This document shows positions 49,329 through 59,082 of a stretch of 64,000 bases of DNA, one piece after another (position 1 is the stretch's first letter; each line of letters starts with the position of its first letter). The stretch covers positions 1,344,001 to 1,408,000 of the forward strand of contig OY970065.1 in NCBI GenBank assembly GCA_963705295.1. Direction: 5' to 3'. Position numbers and translations under genes: made by a program. Source of the DNA: Parachlamydiales bacterium. GTDB taxonomy: Bacteria; Chlamydiota; Chlamydiia; Chlamydiales; Rhabdochlamydiaceae. The notes under the pieces were generated by a model. It was not told the DNA's origin and made no database searches. It saw only the letters and a list, made by a program, of their open reading frames with translations.

Positions 49329-51404
49329 TTATTCTTTATTACTGTTTGGAAGTTTTCTGCGGAAAAAGCATCCTTCTTCTTTGAAACCGAGTTCTGAGAA
49401 AATTGAATGTATTTGAACCCTCTCTTCCGGTGGTAAACGATTGTATAATGTTAAGGACATCAAGGTTTGATTTGTCTTGAGTTGATGAGCAAAATCGGAG
49501 ATCGCTTGAAATGTAAATGTATTACCGGATAGTCCTAAGGATAAAAGAGAATGGTTGTGTTTGAGGCTTTCTGCAAGAGTTCTTAGATTTTGATCTGTCA
49601 TTCCGTTTGGAACCAGGCTCAAGATACGGAGAGACTGTGTTTTTAAAATAGTTGCAACGGCTTCGATCATTCTGTCTCCGCTGTAGGGAAGATGAAGCTC
49701 TTGCAAAGTAGAATTCCCTTGAAGGGCTAGGATCAGAGCCTCTTCATCTTCAATCCGAGTAACTTGTAAACTGAGTCTTCGAAGAGACTTATTTCTTCTC
49801 AAAAAGTGAGCAAGTCCACCCGTTCTAACGGTGGCAGCTGTTATTGTTAAAGAGCGAAGAGTCTGGTTTGTTGATCCTTCGAAAGAGAAAGGAAGTACAT
49901 CACATTTGAGCTTCAAATCGAGATTTTTCAATGTTAGATTATCTCTTAAAGCTCGTGCCAATTGATTCATTGATAGGTGCCCATCGTCTTCAATGTCCAA
50001 TTGAAGAGAAGTCAAACTTCTATTGCTCTGAAGAGTCTCCGACCATGCTTGCACACCTTTCCAATCCAAGCCCATAAAGTTCGTGGTAAAATCCTCTAAT
50101 GTGGGATGATTCTGAGTAGCTTTAGCAAAAAATTCAGCATAATTTTTGTCTGTAGGTTGCTGAGAGGAGGAATAAAATTCCAATTTTTTTACGATTTTAT
50201 TTTCTTGTAAAGCTGCAGCAAAAGCTTTCAAACCTTCTAATATTGGGTAAGTTGCAATCCAAATTCTTAAACACTCTAAAAATTTATTATTCCTCAAAGC
50301 ATTGGCAATATATCCTAAACTCTGGTGCAACGGATTTTCGGTTATATAATGTACGTCGATCTTAGAAACTTTCGTGAACATTATTACTGCAGGAATGAGA
50401 ATTTGCAAAACACTCTCCCTCGCTGTCATCAAATGAAATGTTTTTAAACCGGAAGTTTGTCCATGAGAGCTCAACATTTGAGCTAATTCTGCGGCTTTTT
50501 GGTCATCTTCACAGACGCAATCATACGTTGTAACGCCGTAATGGCCGGTTAATATTTTTTCCCATAAATAAAGAGAAAAACCGGTGGTCTCCTGGAAAAG
50601 ATGATAGGATCCATAACTATACCCTCTTTTCAGACGCTCTTTCTGTCTGTCATAGCTCAATCGCATGGCTTCAAGAGCTAGAAGCTCGATCCGCTCCATA
50701 GATTCCGATTGCGGAAGATGCTCTAGACTTTCTGGAGAGGTGTAAACGAGCAACCTTCTCTTCAAGTCTTGATCCTCTGTCTTTAAAGCAAAAACCCAGA
50801 GTTTAAAAAGATCTGAAACGTGCTCTGCTCCTCTTAAATTACCTACCGATCCACTGATGACGTTCCATGTTTCTTCTAGGAGAGCAGGACATTGATACCG
50901 GTAGGCAATCTCTCTAGCTTCCAAGATATGGGAAAATTGAGCTGTCCCTCGTTCAAAAAGGGTGGCAATTTCAGCAAGGGTCTCTTCGCTTGCCCCTTCA
51001 ATAAAATCCCTTTCAGATATATTCCTTCCAAAAAGCGGGCAATGAAGTTCAAGAAATCTTCTCGTTACCAACACAGCCAAAGAGAGGGATCCATTCGGAT
51101 GCCTGGTTTGAAGGGCGACCTTTTGATCCAATCCCAAAGCTCCAGGACCAGCCAGTGCTTCTACCGCTCTAAAGAATACCTTCGCGGCATTGATATGCTT
51201 TATATGATTGTCATCATAAAGGAGAACTCCTGGACCCTCTTGCAAACAGGCAATAACTCGATTTGTAACACCCACAGTCTTAGCGACTTGAGGATTTTGG
51301 AGAATTTCATCGGAAATCGCTTGAACCTCTTCTTTATTTTTCGTGAGTTGGACTAAATCATAGGTTGCTACTCTTAAAGCGGTTAGTATAGGTAATGTTG
51401 CCAT
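49329..51404 (-). CDS. ALRVAT-family degenerate BTB-BACK plus RI-like LRR protein
   Basis: TALRVATYDL, HILEAREIAYRYQCPALL, NHSLLSLGLSGNTF. Confidence 0.87.
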   Translation of the reverse strand: MATLPILTALRVATYDLVQLTKNKEEVQAISDEILQNPQVAKTVGVTNRVIACLQEGPGVLLYDDNHIKHINAAKVFFRAVEALAGPGALGLDQKVALQTRHPNGSLSLAVLVTRRFLELHCPLFGRNISERDFIEGASEETLAEIATLFERGTAQFSHILEAREIAYRYQCPALLEETWNVISGSVGNLRGAEHVSDLFKLWVFALKTEDQDLKRRLLVYTSPESLEHLPQSESMERIELLALEAMRLSYDRQKERLKRGYSYGSYHLFQETTGFSLYLWEKILTGHYGVTTYDCVCEDDQKAAELAQMLSSHGQTSGLKTFHLMTARESVLQILIPAVIMFTKVSKIDVHYITENPLHQSLGYIANALRNNKFLECLRIWIATYPILEGLKAFAAALQENKIVKKLEFYSSSQQPTDKNYAEFFAKATQNHPTLEDFTTNFMGLDWKGVQAWSETLQSNRSLTSLQLDIEDDGHLSMNQLARALRDNLTLKNLDLKLKCDVLPFSFEGSTNQTLRSLTITAATVRTGGLAHFLRRNKSLRRLSLQVTRIEDEEALILALQGNSTLQELHLPYSGDRMIEAVATILKTQSLRILSLVPNGMTDQNLRTLAESLKHNHSLLSLGLSGNTFTFQAISDFAHQLKTNQTLMSLTLYNRLPPEERVQIHSIFSELGFKEEGCFFRRKLPNSNKE

Positions 51405-51449
51405 AATTTAAAGATAATTATACTCAGTTACTTGCTTTTTAACAATAAT

Positions 51450-51478
51450 TTTACATTAAATAAACTTTATTTTAAAAT
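51450..51478 (+). promoter_or_regulatory. sigma66/70-type promoter 8 nt upstream of ATG 51487
   Basis: TTTACA (51450-51455), 17-nt spacer, TAAAAT (51473-51478). Confidence 0.55.
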
Positions 51479-51486
51479 ATCAGGAT

Positions 51487-53499
51487 ATGGCAACACCAGC
51501 AGTCAATTTAAGGGTCGCGACCTGTGAGCTCATCCATTCGATGCATCCCTTTGGATTAAAGAGCCATTCTTTAGGTTCTTTAATCGATCAAGTTTTAAAT
51601 CAACCACAAAGTATTGATCCTCAGAATCTTAGATCTAGAATTATCGCGTGTTTGAAACCTACATTTCTGGGAAGAATTTTACTTCCGGAAAATTCTATGG
51701 CTATGCAGGTTTTTCTCAAAGCTCTAGGGAAATTTTTAGAACCCTCGGCCCAGAAAATTGTTAGGGAGATATCTTTAGGTGCAGGAGTTAATGTCCCAGA
51801 AATCCAGATCCAGCTAGATACGACCCATGATAGGCTCGATACTTCTTGGTTAGGGGAGTTAAGTGACGAAGCAAAAAAGGAAGTTGCTGCTTACTATGCG
51901 ACAGGAAAAACTGATTTTTCTCCGGGCAACCTTCTGGAGATTTTGAGTGAGGCAAGGCGTTTGCATTTACGTTCTCTTGAAGCCGTTATTCATGATCGGA
52001 TTGTAGAACTTCTTAGATTGGATCCTAATACTGAGCAATTTTTTACACTCTATGAATTTGCCGATACCCATGATGAAAAGTTAAAAACCCTCTTGTTTTC
52101 AATGCGGCCTCACGATTTTGTAGATTCTACTGCAGGAAAAGTGTTCGAAACATTTGAAGAAATTGATATCTATGAGCGGTTGCATCAAAGGCAGGAATAC
52201 GAACCTCTAAATTTAACGCATTGTTTATCGATTTGCTCTGAAGAATCGTTGTGGCTTTTAGAAAGAGCTTTTCTAGAAAACTGCGACATGGATTTCTTGG
52301 AATTAAAAGTTGCCACTCCTATTCTAGCTTCTAATTTATCCAAGATTTTACTCAAATACCTTCCTTATTCCAATATAAAATGGTTAGATTTACACATAGA
52401 TGATGAGGAAACTTTTGCACACCTGATTCCTCCGATTTCAACTCCGAAAATAACCCGACTCTCTTTGACTTGTAAAGAGGGTTGTTTCCCAAAAACCTTA
52501 CCTGATTTAAAAGAGAATCACACCCTTCGGTCCTTACATGTCACTTATTATGGTACTCCGACAAAAGAAGAAGTAGATTCTATGACACAATTTGTCCGAT
52601 CTTTCTCTGATTTGACTCTGTTAAATTTTTTAAGGCTCGAATCGGCACCGATGCACTCTTTCTTAGAATCTCTCCTGGATAAAAAAATGCTCCGAGATGT
52701 GACTCTATATTTCAAAATGGATCCTATAGCCCTCGATCTTATGGCACAGGTTATTGAGCGCAATCCTGCTCTCTGTAGCCTTGAGTTTTCGATAGACGTG
52801 AGTTCAATCGATATAACGTTGATAAGAAAAATCGCGCGTGCATTCAGAAATTCTCATCTCCATGATCTTGAAATCGGATTTCCTCAATTTCATCCTTGTA
52901 TCGAACCGATTTTTACGGAAGGGGTTGCTCCCTGCTTAACACTTAAACGTTTTAAACCTGTCTTTTGGGATAAAAAATCCCCAATAGAAGCAAGGTGTCT
53001 TTCTCAAATGGCTCGAACTCTCAAGTCTGTTGAAACGCTCGATCTTTCGGAGGTTCTTTTTGACGATGAAGGGGGCGAAATGTTCATGAGAGGCGTTGGA
53101 GAAAATTCTTCGATTTCAACGTTAACTATGGATGGGACATCTCTCGGGATCAAAACCATTCAGCAACTGTCTAGTATTTTAATATTAGAAAAAACTCCTC
53201 TCCGTTATTTAAGTTTACGGACGAATCAACTCACCGATGAACATTTAGAAATTTTAGGCGAAGGTCTAGCGAGGAATATAACTCTTTATAGCGTCAATTT
53301 ATCAGGAAATAGTTTTACTTTTTCTGGACTTAAAAAGCTCGCCTCTCAGCTCCAAACAAATCTGAAGCTCATGCATGTGATTTTTGATATGAAAGTGACC
53401 GATGAAGAGATGGAACAATTAAAAACTCATTTCGATCAGAGTGGGTTTTCTATATCGGTAAACCCTTACCTTCAAATTATGAGGAAATATAAGCCATGA
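51487..53499 (+). CDS. ALRVAT-family degenerate BTB-BACK plus RI-like LRR protein
   Basis: NLRVATCELIHS, YYATGKTDFSPGNLLEIL, NITLYSVNLSGNSF; closest in sequence to 2302..4236. Confidence 0.87.
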   Translation: MATPAVNLRVATCELIHSMHPFGLKSHSLGSLIDQVLNQPQSIDPQNLRSRIIACLKPTFLGRILLPENSMAMQVFLKALGKFLEPSAQKIVREISLGAGVNVPEIQIQLDTTHDRLDTSWLGELSDEAKKEVAAYYATGKTDFSPGNLLEILSEARRLHLRSLEAVIHDRIVELLRLDPNTEQFFTLYEFADTHDEKLKTLLFSMRPHDFVDSTAGKVFETFEEIDIYERLHQRQEYEPLNLTHCLSICSEESLWLLERAFLENCDMDFLELKVATPILASNLSKILLKYLPYSNIKWLDLHIDDEETFAHLIPPISTPKITRLSLTCKEGCFPKTLPDLKENHTLRSLHVTYYGTPTKEEVDSMTQFVRSFSDLTLLNFLRLESAPMHSFLESLLDKKMLRDVTLYFKMDPIALDLMAQVIERNPALCSLEFSIDVSSIDITLIRKIARAFRNSHLHDLEIGFPQFHPCIEPIFTEGVAPCLTLKRFKPVFWDKKSPIEARCLSQMARTLKSVETLDLSEVLFDDEGGEMFMRGVGENSSISTLTMDGTSLGIKTIQQLSSILILEKTPLRYLSLRTNQLTDEHLEILGEGLARNITLYSVNLSGNSFTFSGLKKLASQLQTNLKLMHVIFDMKVTDEEMEQLKTHFDQSGFSISVNPYLQIMRKYKP

Positions 53500-55244
53500 C
53501 TCTCTCGCTAGAATTAAGAATACAGGCTCTTAAAGTGGCCACATTTCGCCTTTTTCCACATCTAAATCTTAACCCCTTTGTTGAAGCGATCTTTAAAAGC
53601 CCACCACAAACACCGCCCGAACTTGTCTCGCGATTAGTGACAGCGGTGGGTAGGGACCTTTCTTATGAATTTCATAAACAGTTTATAGTATTTTGCAGGG
53701 CCCTTGGCCTTTACTTAGGCCCAGAATTTATGTTCTTAGAAGCACCCGTTCAAATCGGGAATTCAACCCAGAGTGTTCCCCAGAGTGTTCCAAGGCTCGT
53801 TGCTCAACTTCAAACGTCAAAAGTTATACCTCTCCTAGAGGGATGGCAAATCTTTGCCGATGATCCAGCTTCCCAGGAACAAGTGAGCCTCTTTTTTAAT
53901 GAAGGAGTTGCCCAATTTCCTCCTGATCGACTTCTTCAGATTCGAAAAGAAGCCCTTTCTTGGGGGTGCCAAGGGCTTTTAAAAGCAACCCTCGTTCAAC
54001 TCGGATGTTCAATTAGGCCCGATGATCTCGCTTTTATCTACAAGCTTTGGGTCTTTGCCTTTGAAAACAATGACCTGGCCTTGATGAGAGAATTGCTCTC
54101 CATAAAACCGACCTGTGAATATAAAAGCAGCAATAAATCCCCGACGCTTGAGGAAATTAAAGCTTTAAATGCAATGAGGGTGAGTTATCTTTATTCATCC
54201 GATCTCTCCGGTGAAATCACTTTATCTCCACAAAGCTTGTATCTCTTGAAATGGGCTTTTGAGCAACAGCTCGATATCCCTTCTTTAGACTGCAAGACAG
54301 ACGATCCTCGCCATGCGGAAAGTCTCGCGAGAATTTTACGCGAATTCTCCAAAAGGGAATCTTTTAGTGTTAAAAGTTTTGAATTACACACAGGTAACAA
54401 AGATGTTTTGCGCTTGATTATTCCAACAATTTTAAGCACCTCCATTTCTTCCCTTGTCATCCGGTGCAATTCAGAAGAGGGATTTGAACATCTCGAACAA
54501 TCGCTTAACTCAGAAATGCGCCTAAAATCGCTTTCCATTCACAATAAAAAATCCATGAATGCCATTGGAATCAAGGCTCTTGCAGGTTTTGTTGAGCAGA
54601 ATACAAATTTACGAGAACTCATTCTCGATACCCCTATCCAAGGATTAGTTCCCCTTGCAAAAAATAGAACACTCGAAGAACTCAGCCTGAAATTAGATCC
54701 TGCCGTCTTGAAGGAATTTCCCTTAGCTGAGCAAATCGCAGCGACCTCCATCCGGATTTTCGATTTAAGTTTTAATAACTTAGGAGATGATCAGGGTGAG
54801 ATCCTTGTACGAGCCGTTCAACAACATGTCCCTCTTCATGGATTGAATCTTCGCCAAACCGGGATCGGAAGAAAAACAATCCTAGCCGCCTGTGAACTTT
54901 TGAGAACCCATCCTACTTTCTCAGGATTAGTCTTATGGGGAAATCAGGCCGATGATGCCGATCTAGAAGCGATAGGCTCTGCACTTGTCAAAAACAGGTC
55001 CCTTGAGCAGCTCTTTATCAGTGGTGTTTTTTCTCACTTTGGTTTGACGACTTTTGCCTCGCTCCTAGAAAAAAATCCCACCTTAATGCAATGTAAACTC
55101 GGCCTCGAGAAGGAAGTTACACTCTCCGTGGATGTTTTTCAAAAAAGTGGATTTGATGTCCTAGAGAATACCTCAGCCAAGATTCATCTAATTAGAAAGT
55201 TTCCTATCGAAATGAAAGCTGTTATTAACCCGCTGGGCAAATAA
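53496..55244 (+). CDS. ALRVAT-family degenerate BTB-BACK plus RI-like LRR protein
   Basis: ALKVATFRL, FPPDRLLQIRKEALSWGC, FDLSFNNLGDDQGEILV; closest in sequence to the split gene 450..2305. Confidence 0.87.
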   Translation: MTLSLELRIQALKVATFRLFPHLNLNPFVEAIFKSPPQTPPELVSRLVTAVGRDLSYEFHKQFIVFCRALGLYLGPEFMFLEAPVQIGNSTQSVPQSVPRLVAQLQTSKVIPLLEGWQIFADDPASQEQVSLFFNEGVAQFPPDRLLQIRKEALSWGCQGLLKATLVQLGCSIRPDDLAFIYKLWVFAFENNDLALMRELLSIKPTCEYKSSNKSPTLEEIKALNAMRVSYLYSSDLSGEITLSPQSLYLLKWAFEQQLDIPSLDCKTDDPRHAESLARILREFSKRESFSVKSFELHTGNKDVLRLIIPTILSTSISSLVIRCNSEEGFEHLEQSLNSEMRLKSLSIHNKKSMNAIGIKALAGFVEQNTNLRELILDTPIQGLVPLAKNRTLEELSLKLDPAVLKEFPLAEQIAATSIRIFDLSFNNLGDDQGEILVRAVQQHVPLHGLNLRQTGIGRKTILAACELLRTHPTFSGLVLWGNQADDADLEAIGSALVKNRSLEQLFISGVFSHFGLTTFASLLEKNPTLMQCKLGLEKEVTLSVDVFQKSGFDVLENTSAKIHLIRKFPIEMKAVINPLGK

Positions 55245-55386
55245 GAGACAAAGAGCGCTAGCGAGGCAAAGCCAGATTGATTCTCGCGAGGAATAACATT
55301 CTTGAATACGAAGGATTCCGAGCGAGAATCGATAGCCGCAAGCCGCAGCAAGCTACTTGTCTCTTATTTGCCTGGCGGGTTAATAA
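55222..55386. mobile_element. ~165-bp palindromic element, copy C (inverted relative to A)
   Basis: 30-bp arms ttattaacccgctgggcaaataagagacaa / ttgtctcttatttgcctggcgggttaataa with 2 G-T pairs; 55261-55330 is the exact reverse complement of 39360-39429. Confidence 0.82.
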
Positions 55387-55392
55387 TATATC

Positions 55393-57339
55393 TTGATGGC
55401 GATTTCATTATTAGAATTATCAAATAGAAAGTGGGGGAGTACGATTCCCACCTGTGTAACAGGGGAGACCGACCTGGAAAGGCTCATGACCATTACGGGC
55501 TTTGTCCAGGTGGCTTTTCACACGGAGAGCGCATCACGCCTAGTTTCAGAAATGGTCACGAGATGTTGGGAGTTCACAACCCAAGTACCCGACATTGACA
55601 GCGCTTTAAAAGCATGCAAGATTTGTTACGATTTTCTTCCTCGGCTTGAACTAGAGGCCGATAAGGCAAATACTTCCAATTTTCAGTTGAAATTTGATGA
55701 TGGGACTTCCCTCGAGTTTCCAGGGTATTTTAAAACAATTCTGTCACGGGCCAGTCCTTTTTTTCGAAATTTGTTCTTTGGCCGCGGCAGGCAAAATCAA
55801 GCCTTTGAGCTGCATCATATCTCTGCACAATTGTTGGAAGCGATGCTCGATATCGCTTTGAAAGGGGAGTCTGCGGTCTTCCTGACTTTAGAGATCAAAA
55901 TGCTCGCTGAGTTTGTCCATTTAGCAACGCTCTATAAAATGACTCATGCCCTGGGTGCTGGCCAGGATGCTTTGATTGAAAAAATACAAGGTTTTTTCCT
56001 CGAGGATTGGAACTGTGCATATCAGCTCTATTCTATGTTCGAATCGGATCAAAGAATTCAGCCTGTTTTAGAGGCGTATTTTAACAAATTTCAAGGAAAA
56101 ACACCCCCCGTTTTGAATGTCCACAACGATCATGAGCTTGATATATTAACTACAGGTCTTATGACAGTGTACCTCCGAGGCCCCTCTATAACGGATCAGG
56201 GGATTGCCACTCTTTCTAGGAACTGCTCGGGGCTCCGCAGTCTTGAGATCGATGGCTGCAGGCTTTCCAAGGAAGGTTTAGCTCCTCTTGGGAGGATTAC
56301 ACATTTACGAGACTTGACTATCCGGTATGCCGAGAATCTAGAAGGGGATAGCTTTGGATTTCTTGTTCATCTAATCCGTTTAGAAAGTCTTACATTGGAG
56401 GGATGCCCTGTCACCGATCAAACAATGACTTTCCTGAGCCAACTTCACAGATTAGCAAGGCTCAGTTTCAATCGTGGCTCTGTGACATATCGGGGATGGG
56501 CGTGTCTGGCACGGTTATTTAGCCTCTCCCAGCTCCATATCACAGAATGTGATACCTTGACGGACGAATCGCTGGGTTTCCTCCCTAGAAATTTACGGAT
56601 ACTCAGCTTTAAAAATTGTACCCGACTGACTCCAGCCGGACTCCCATCGCTCTCCCTCCTCCAAAACCTCGATAAACTCGATCTGAGTGGCACCTCTATG
56701 TTGTCCGACTATCATCCCTCCTGTTTAAAACGACTCCGCGTGCTCGATCTCTCGAGATGTAAACTTACAAGTGAAGTGAGGAGATCCATTTTTGATCTTC
56801 AAAATTTAGAAAAACTGATTCTATCGAATTGCGACATCACTGATAACGATGCATCTTTAATAGGACTCGCCACCCAGCTACAAGTGCTCGATATCTCCGG
56901 ATCTCCTCAAGTCACCAATGCCGGTCTTGTCTTTCTAGAGTTTCTGGTTAACTTAATCTATCTGAATATTCAAGGTTGCAAAAAGATAACTGAAGAAGCC
57001 TTAGACTCTGTAGCCCAGCTGAAAAAACTGCGAAGATTGATTCTTGATCGTGCGATGAGTATCACTGAGATCGGTTTGGCTCATCTTGCAAAGCTCAGCA
57101 ACTTGGAAAACCTAACAGTGTGGAATTTCCAATCACTCAGCGGACTTTCATTCCTGAGACAGTTTCGCCTGCTGAATACCCTCCACCTCTTTGGCAGGAA
57201 ACATCTCTCCACGGAAGATATGACTTACATCGCTCAGCTCCCACGTCTGCGACTCCTCCGATTGAATGGACCGCCAAGTGAGCCAAGTGGAATAATGCAA
57301 CCCCTGGTTGATAAAGGGGTCACGATTTTGTATACTTAA
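55393..57339 (+). CDS. BTB/POZ domain + cysteine-containing (FBXL-type) LRR protein
   Basis: ILSRASPFFRNLF...FELHHISAQLLEAML BTB; LRSLEIDGC, LQVLDISGSPQVT and LNIQGCKKITE LRRs. Confidence 0.85.
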   Translation: MMAISLLELSNRKWGSTIPTCVTGETDLERLMTITGFVQVAFHTESASRLVSEMVTRCWEFTTQVPDIDSALKACKICYDFLPRLELEADKANTSNFQLKFDDGTSLEFPGYFKTILSRASPFFRNLFFGRGRQNQAFELHHISAQLLEAMLDIALKGESAVFLTLEIKMLAEFVHLATLYKMTHALGAGQDALIEKIQGFFLEDWNCAYQLYSMFESDQRIQPVLEAYFNKFQGKTPPVLNVHNDHELDILTTGLMTVYLRGPSITDQGIATLSRNCSGLRSLEIDGCRLSKEGLAPLGRITHLRDLTIRYAENLEGDSFGFLVHLIRLESLTLEGCPVTDQTMTFLSQLHRLARLSFNRGSVTYRGWACLARLFSLSQLHITECDTLTDESLGFLPRNLRILSFKNCTRLTPAGLPSLSLLQNLDKLDLSGTSMLSDYHPSCLKRLRVLDLSRCKLTSEVRRSIFDLQNLEKLILSNCDITDNDASLIGLATQLQVLDISGSPQVTNAGLVFLEFLVNLIYLNIQGCKKITEEALDSVAQLKKLRRLILDRAMSITEIGLAHLAKLSNLENLTVWNFQSLSGLSFLRQFRLLNTLHLFGRKHLSTEDMTYIAQLPRLRLLRLNGPPSEPSGIMQPLVDKGVTILYT

Positions 57340-57344
57340 GGCCT

Positions 57345-58505
57345 ATGAGCATATCTAGACTTCCAAAGGAACTTATAACCGAGATACTTAGGCACGTAGA
57401 TTTTCAAGATCAAGCGCGCAAGTCAAGAGTTTGTCGGTTATGGAATCTAGCGGCTAGAAGCCTTAATTTGACCTATGGACTTTTCTACGCGTTGAGGCAT
57501 ATACCACTTCCGCCCAGAGTTGCCGAGGCGGCTACAACAGTTACCCATTGCAGCAAAGTGCTCGCCGTATCAAGAAGGTTCCTTATCTTCGGGAAAACCG
57601 ATAACCTCTCCTTTTGTGTATACGATCGGACAAAAGGTGAAGCCCTTCCCGAGGCCCGGCTACCATCTCAAATCGTTGCAGCAACCTTCCAATCCGAAAC
57701 AGAATTTATTATCACCACGTCTTCGACAGTATCGTGGTGGAAAATTGCTCAAAATGTTATCGAATGCATATCTCAAATGGAGATCTTTACTGCTCTTCAG
57801 AATAACCAACCCGGCCCGCGCATTGCCGCGGCTCAAAAGATAACCCTTTTCAAAGATGCTCTCTACGTTTCTGTGTTTGAATCGTTCGGAGGAGCAGGGG
57901 AAATGGACTATTCGCTAAAAATCATGGGACATGAACCCCCTCAATATCGCATATCCTTCATCGATCAAGAAAGCATATTTATGGGATTACTTCACCGTGA
58001 AACATTCTGTAACTTAAGCATTGAAGCCTGTAATGCAACACATCTTTTTGGAATCACCTATATTCTTGGTAAGATGTCAAAAGTCCGTTGCCTGACTCCT
58101 GACTATAAAGCAGCCTGGACTTTTCCCGTCGATCGTCCGAATATCGTCTTTGCCAACGATCAAGTCGTCATCGTCACCCAAAGGTTCGGAGAAAAAATCG
58201 TCTTTCTCATCCTAAATGCCACTACCGGCAAACTCGTCTCTCAAATCATACAAGAACCGGTCTCCACGACCCGCCAGGACTATTGGATTCAGCAAAATCT
58301 GATCTTCATCGTGGCGAGCAACTCACTGCGCATTTGGCACTTCAACGGAACCCTTTTCCAGACAATCCCTTTGGACTCTCTCATCCAGCAACCCGGAACT
58401 CTTCTCCATGTCGATCTGGACGGCAGAGAGCTCCATCTTTTCTTCCAGCTTCCGTCCAATCAACTCGACCTTGTCAGACTTAATCTAAAAACCGCCACCG
58501 CCTGA
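57345..58505 (+). CDS. F-box protein with beta-strand-rich (propeller-like) C-terminus
   Basis: ISRLPKELITEILRHVDFQDQARKSRVCRLWN. Confidence 0.85.
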   Translation: MSISRLPKELITEILRHVDFQDQARKSRVCRLWNLAARSLNLTYGLFYALRHIPLPPRVAEAATTVTHCSKVLAVSRRFLIFGKTDNLSFCVYDRTKGEALPEARLPSQIVAATFQSETEFIITTSSTVSWWKIAQNVIECISQMEIFTALQNNQPGPRIAAAQKITLFKDALYVSVFESFGGAGEMDYSLKIMGHEPPQYRISFIDQESIFMGLLHRETFCNLSIEACNATHLFGITYILGKMSKVRCLTPDYKAAWTFPVDRPNIVFANDQVVIVTQRFGEKIVFLILNATTGKLVSQIIQEPVSTTRQDYWIQQNLIFIVASNSLRIWHFNGTLFQTIPLDSLIQQPGTLLHVDLDGRELHLFFQLPSNQLDLVRLNLKTATA

Positions 58506-58940
58506 GCTGCTGACAGTACAGGCCGACATAACGGGTATACAAAGTCTAGAATGAATGTCTGCTTTATCGGTTAAAGATGGTAACTCTCGGACAGCCTTAA
58601 CCAGACTTTCATCATCCGCAGCACCATGTAGATTATTGATCCGTAATCTTGGGATTTTTTTGAGAGGTTCCAGAGATAAAACAGCCGCTACAAATGAAGG
58701 TCTGAATCCATCGATATTGAGATAGTCTATTCTAAGAGGAAATCGGTTTACAAAACGGGTGATAATTTGGATATCTGCGTCAACTTTATCTGACGATAGA
58801 TAGAGGCTTTTCACGCTTTCTCTAAAGATGCTAGCAAACATCCGGCATACGGTTCCAAATTTCTTTTTTGCACATCGATCATCTAATTGGGAATAAATGA
58901 CTTTAACTACATCTCGTGGAACAATTGGCATTATACTCAT
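58485..58940 (-). CDS. small F-box-like protein
   Basis: IVPRDVVKVIYSQLD...FGTVCRMF; AGGAAGGA Shine-Dalgarno upstream. Confidence 0.65.
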   Translation of the reverse strand: MSIMPIVPRDVVKVIYSQLDDRCAKKKFGTVCRMFASIFRESVKSLYLSSDKVDADIQIITRFVNRFPLRIDYLNIDGFRPSFVAAVLSLEPLKKIPRLRINNLHGAADDESLVKAVRELPSLTDKADIHSRLCIPVMSACTVSSSGGGGF

Positions 58941-59043
58941 ATATAAATCCTTCCTTTAAAGAAAATTATACTAAATTAAGTATTATATATCAATATTAGT
59001 TAAGATCCTTATAATTAGACAAATAAGCTCAATCCTTATCTTA

Positions 59044-59072
59044 TTGTAAATAATTATTATAATCTTTATAAT
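59044..59072 (+). promoter_or_regulatory. sigma66/70-type promoter 10 nt upstream of ATG 59083
   Basis: TTGTAA (59044-59049), 17-nt spacer, TATAAT (59067-59072). Confidence 0.6.
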
Positions 59073-59082
59073 AGTTTTTATT

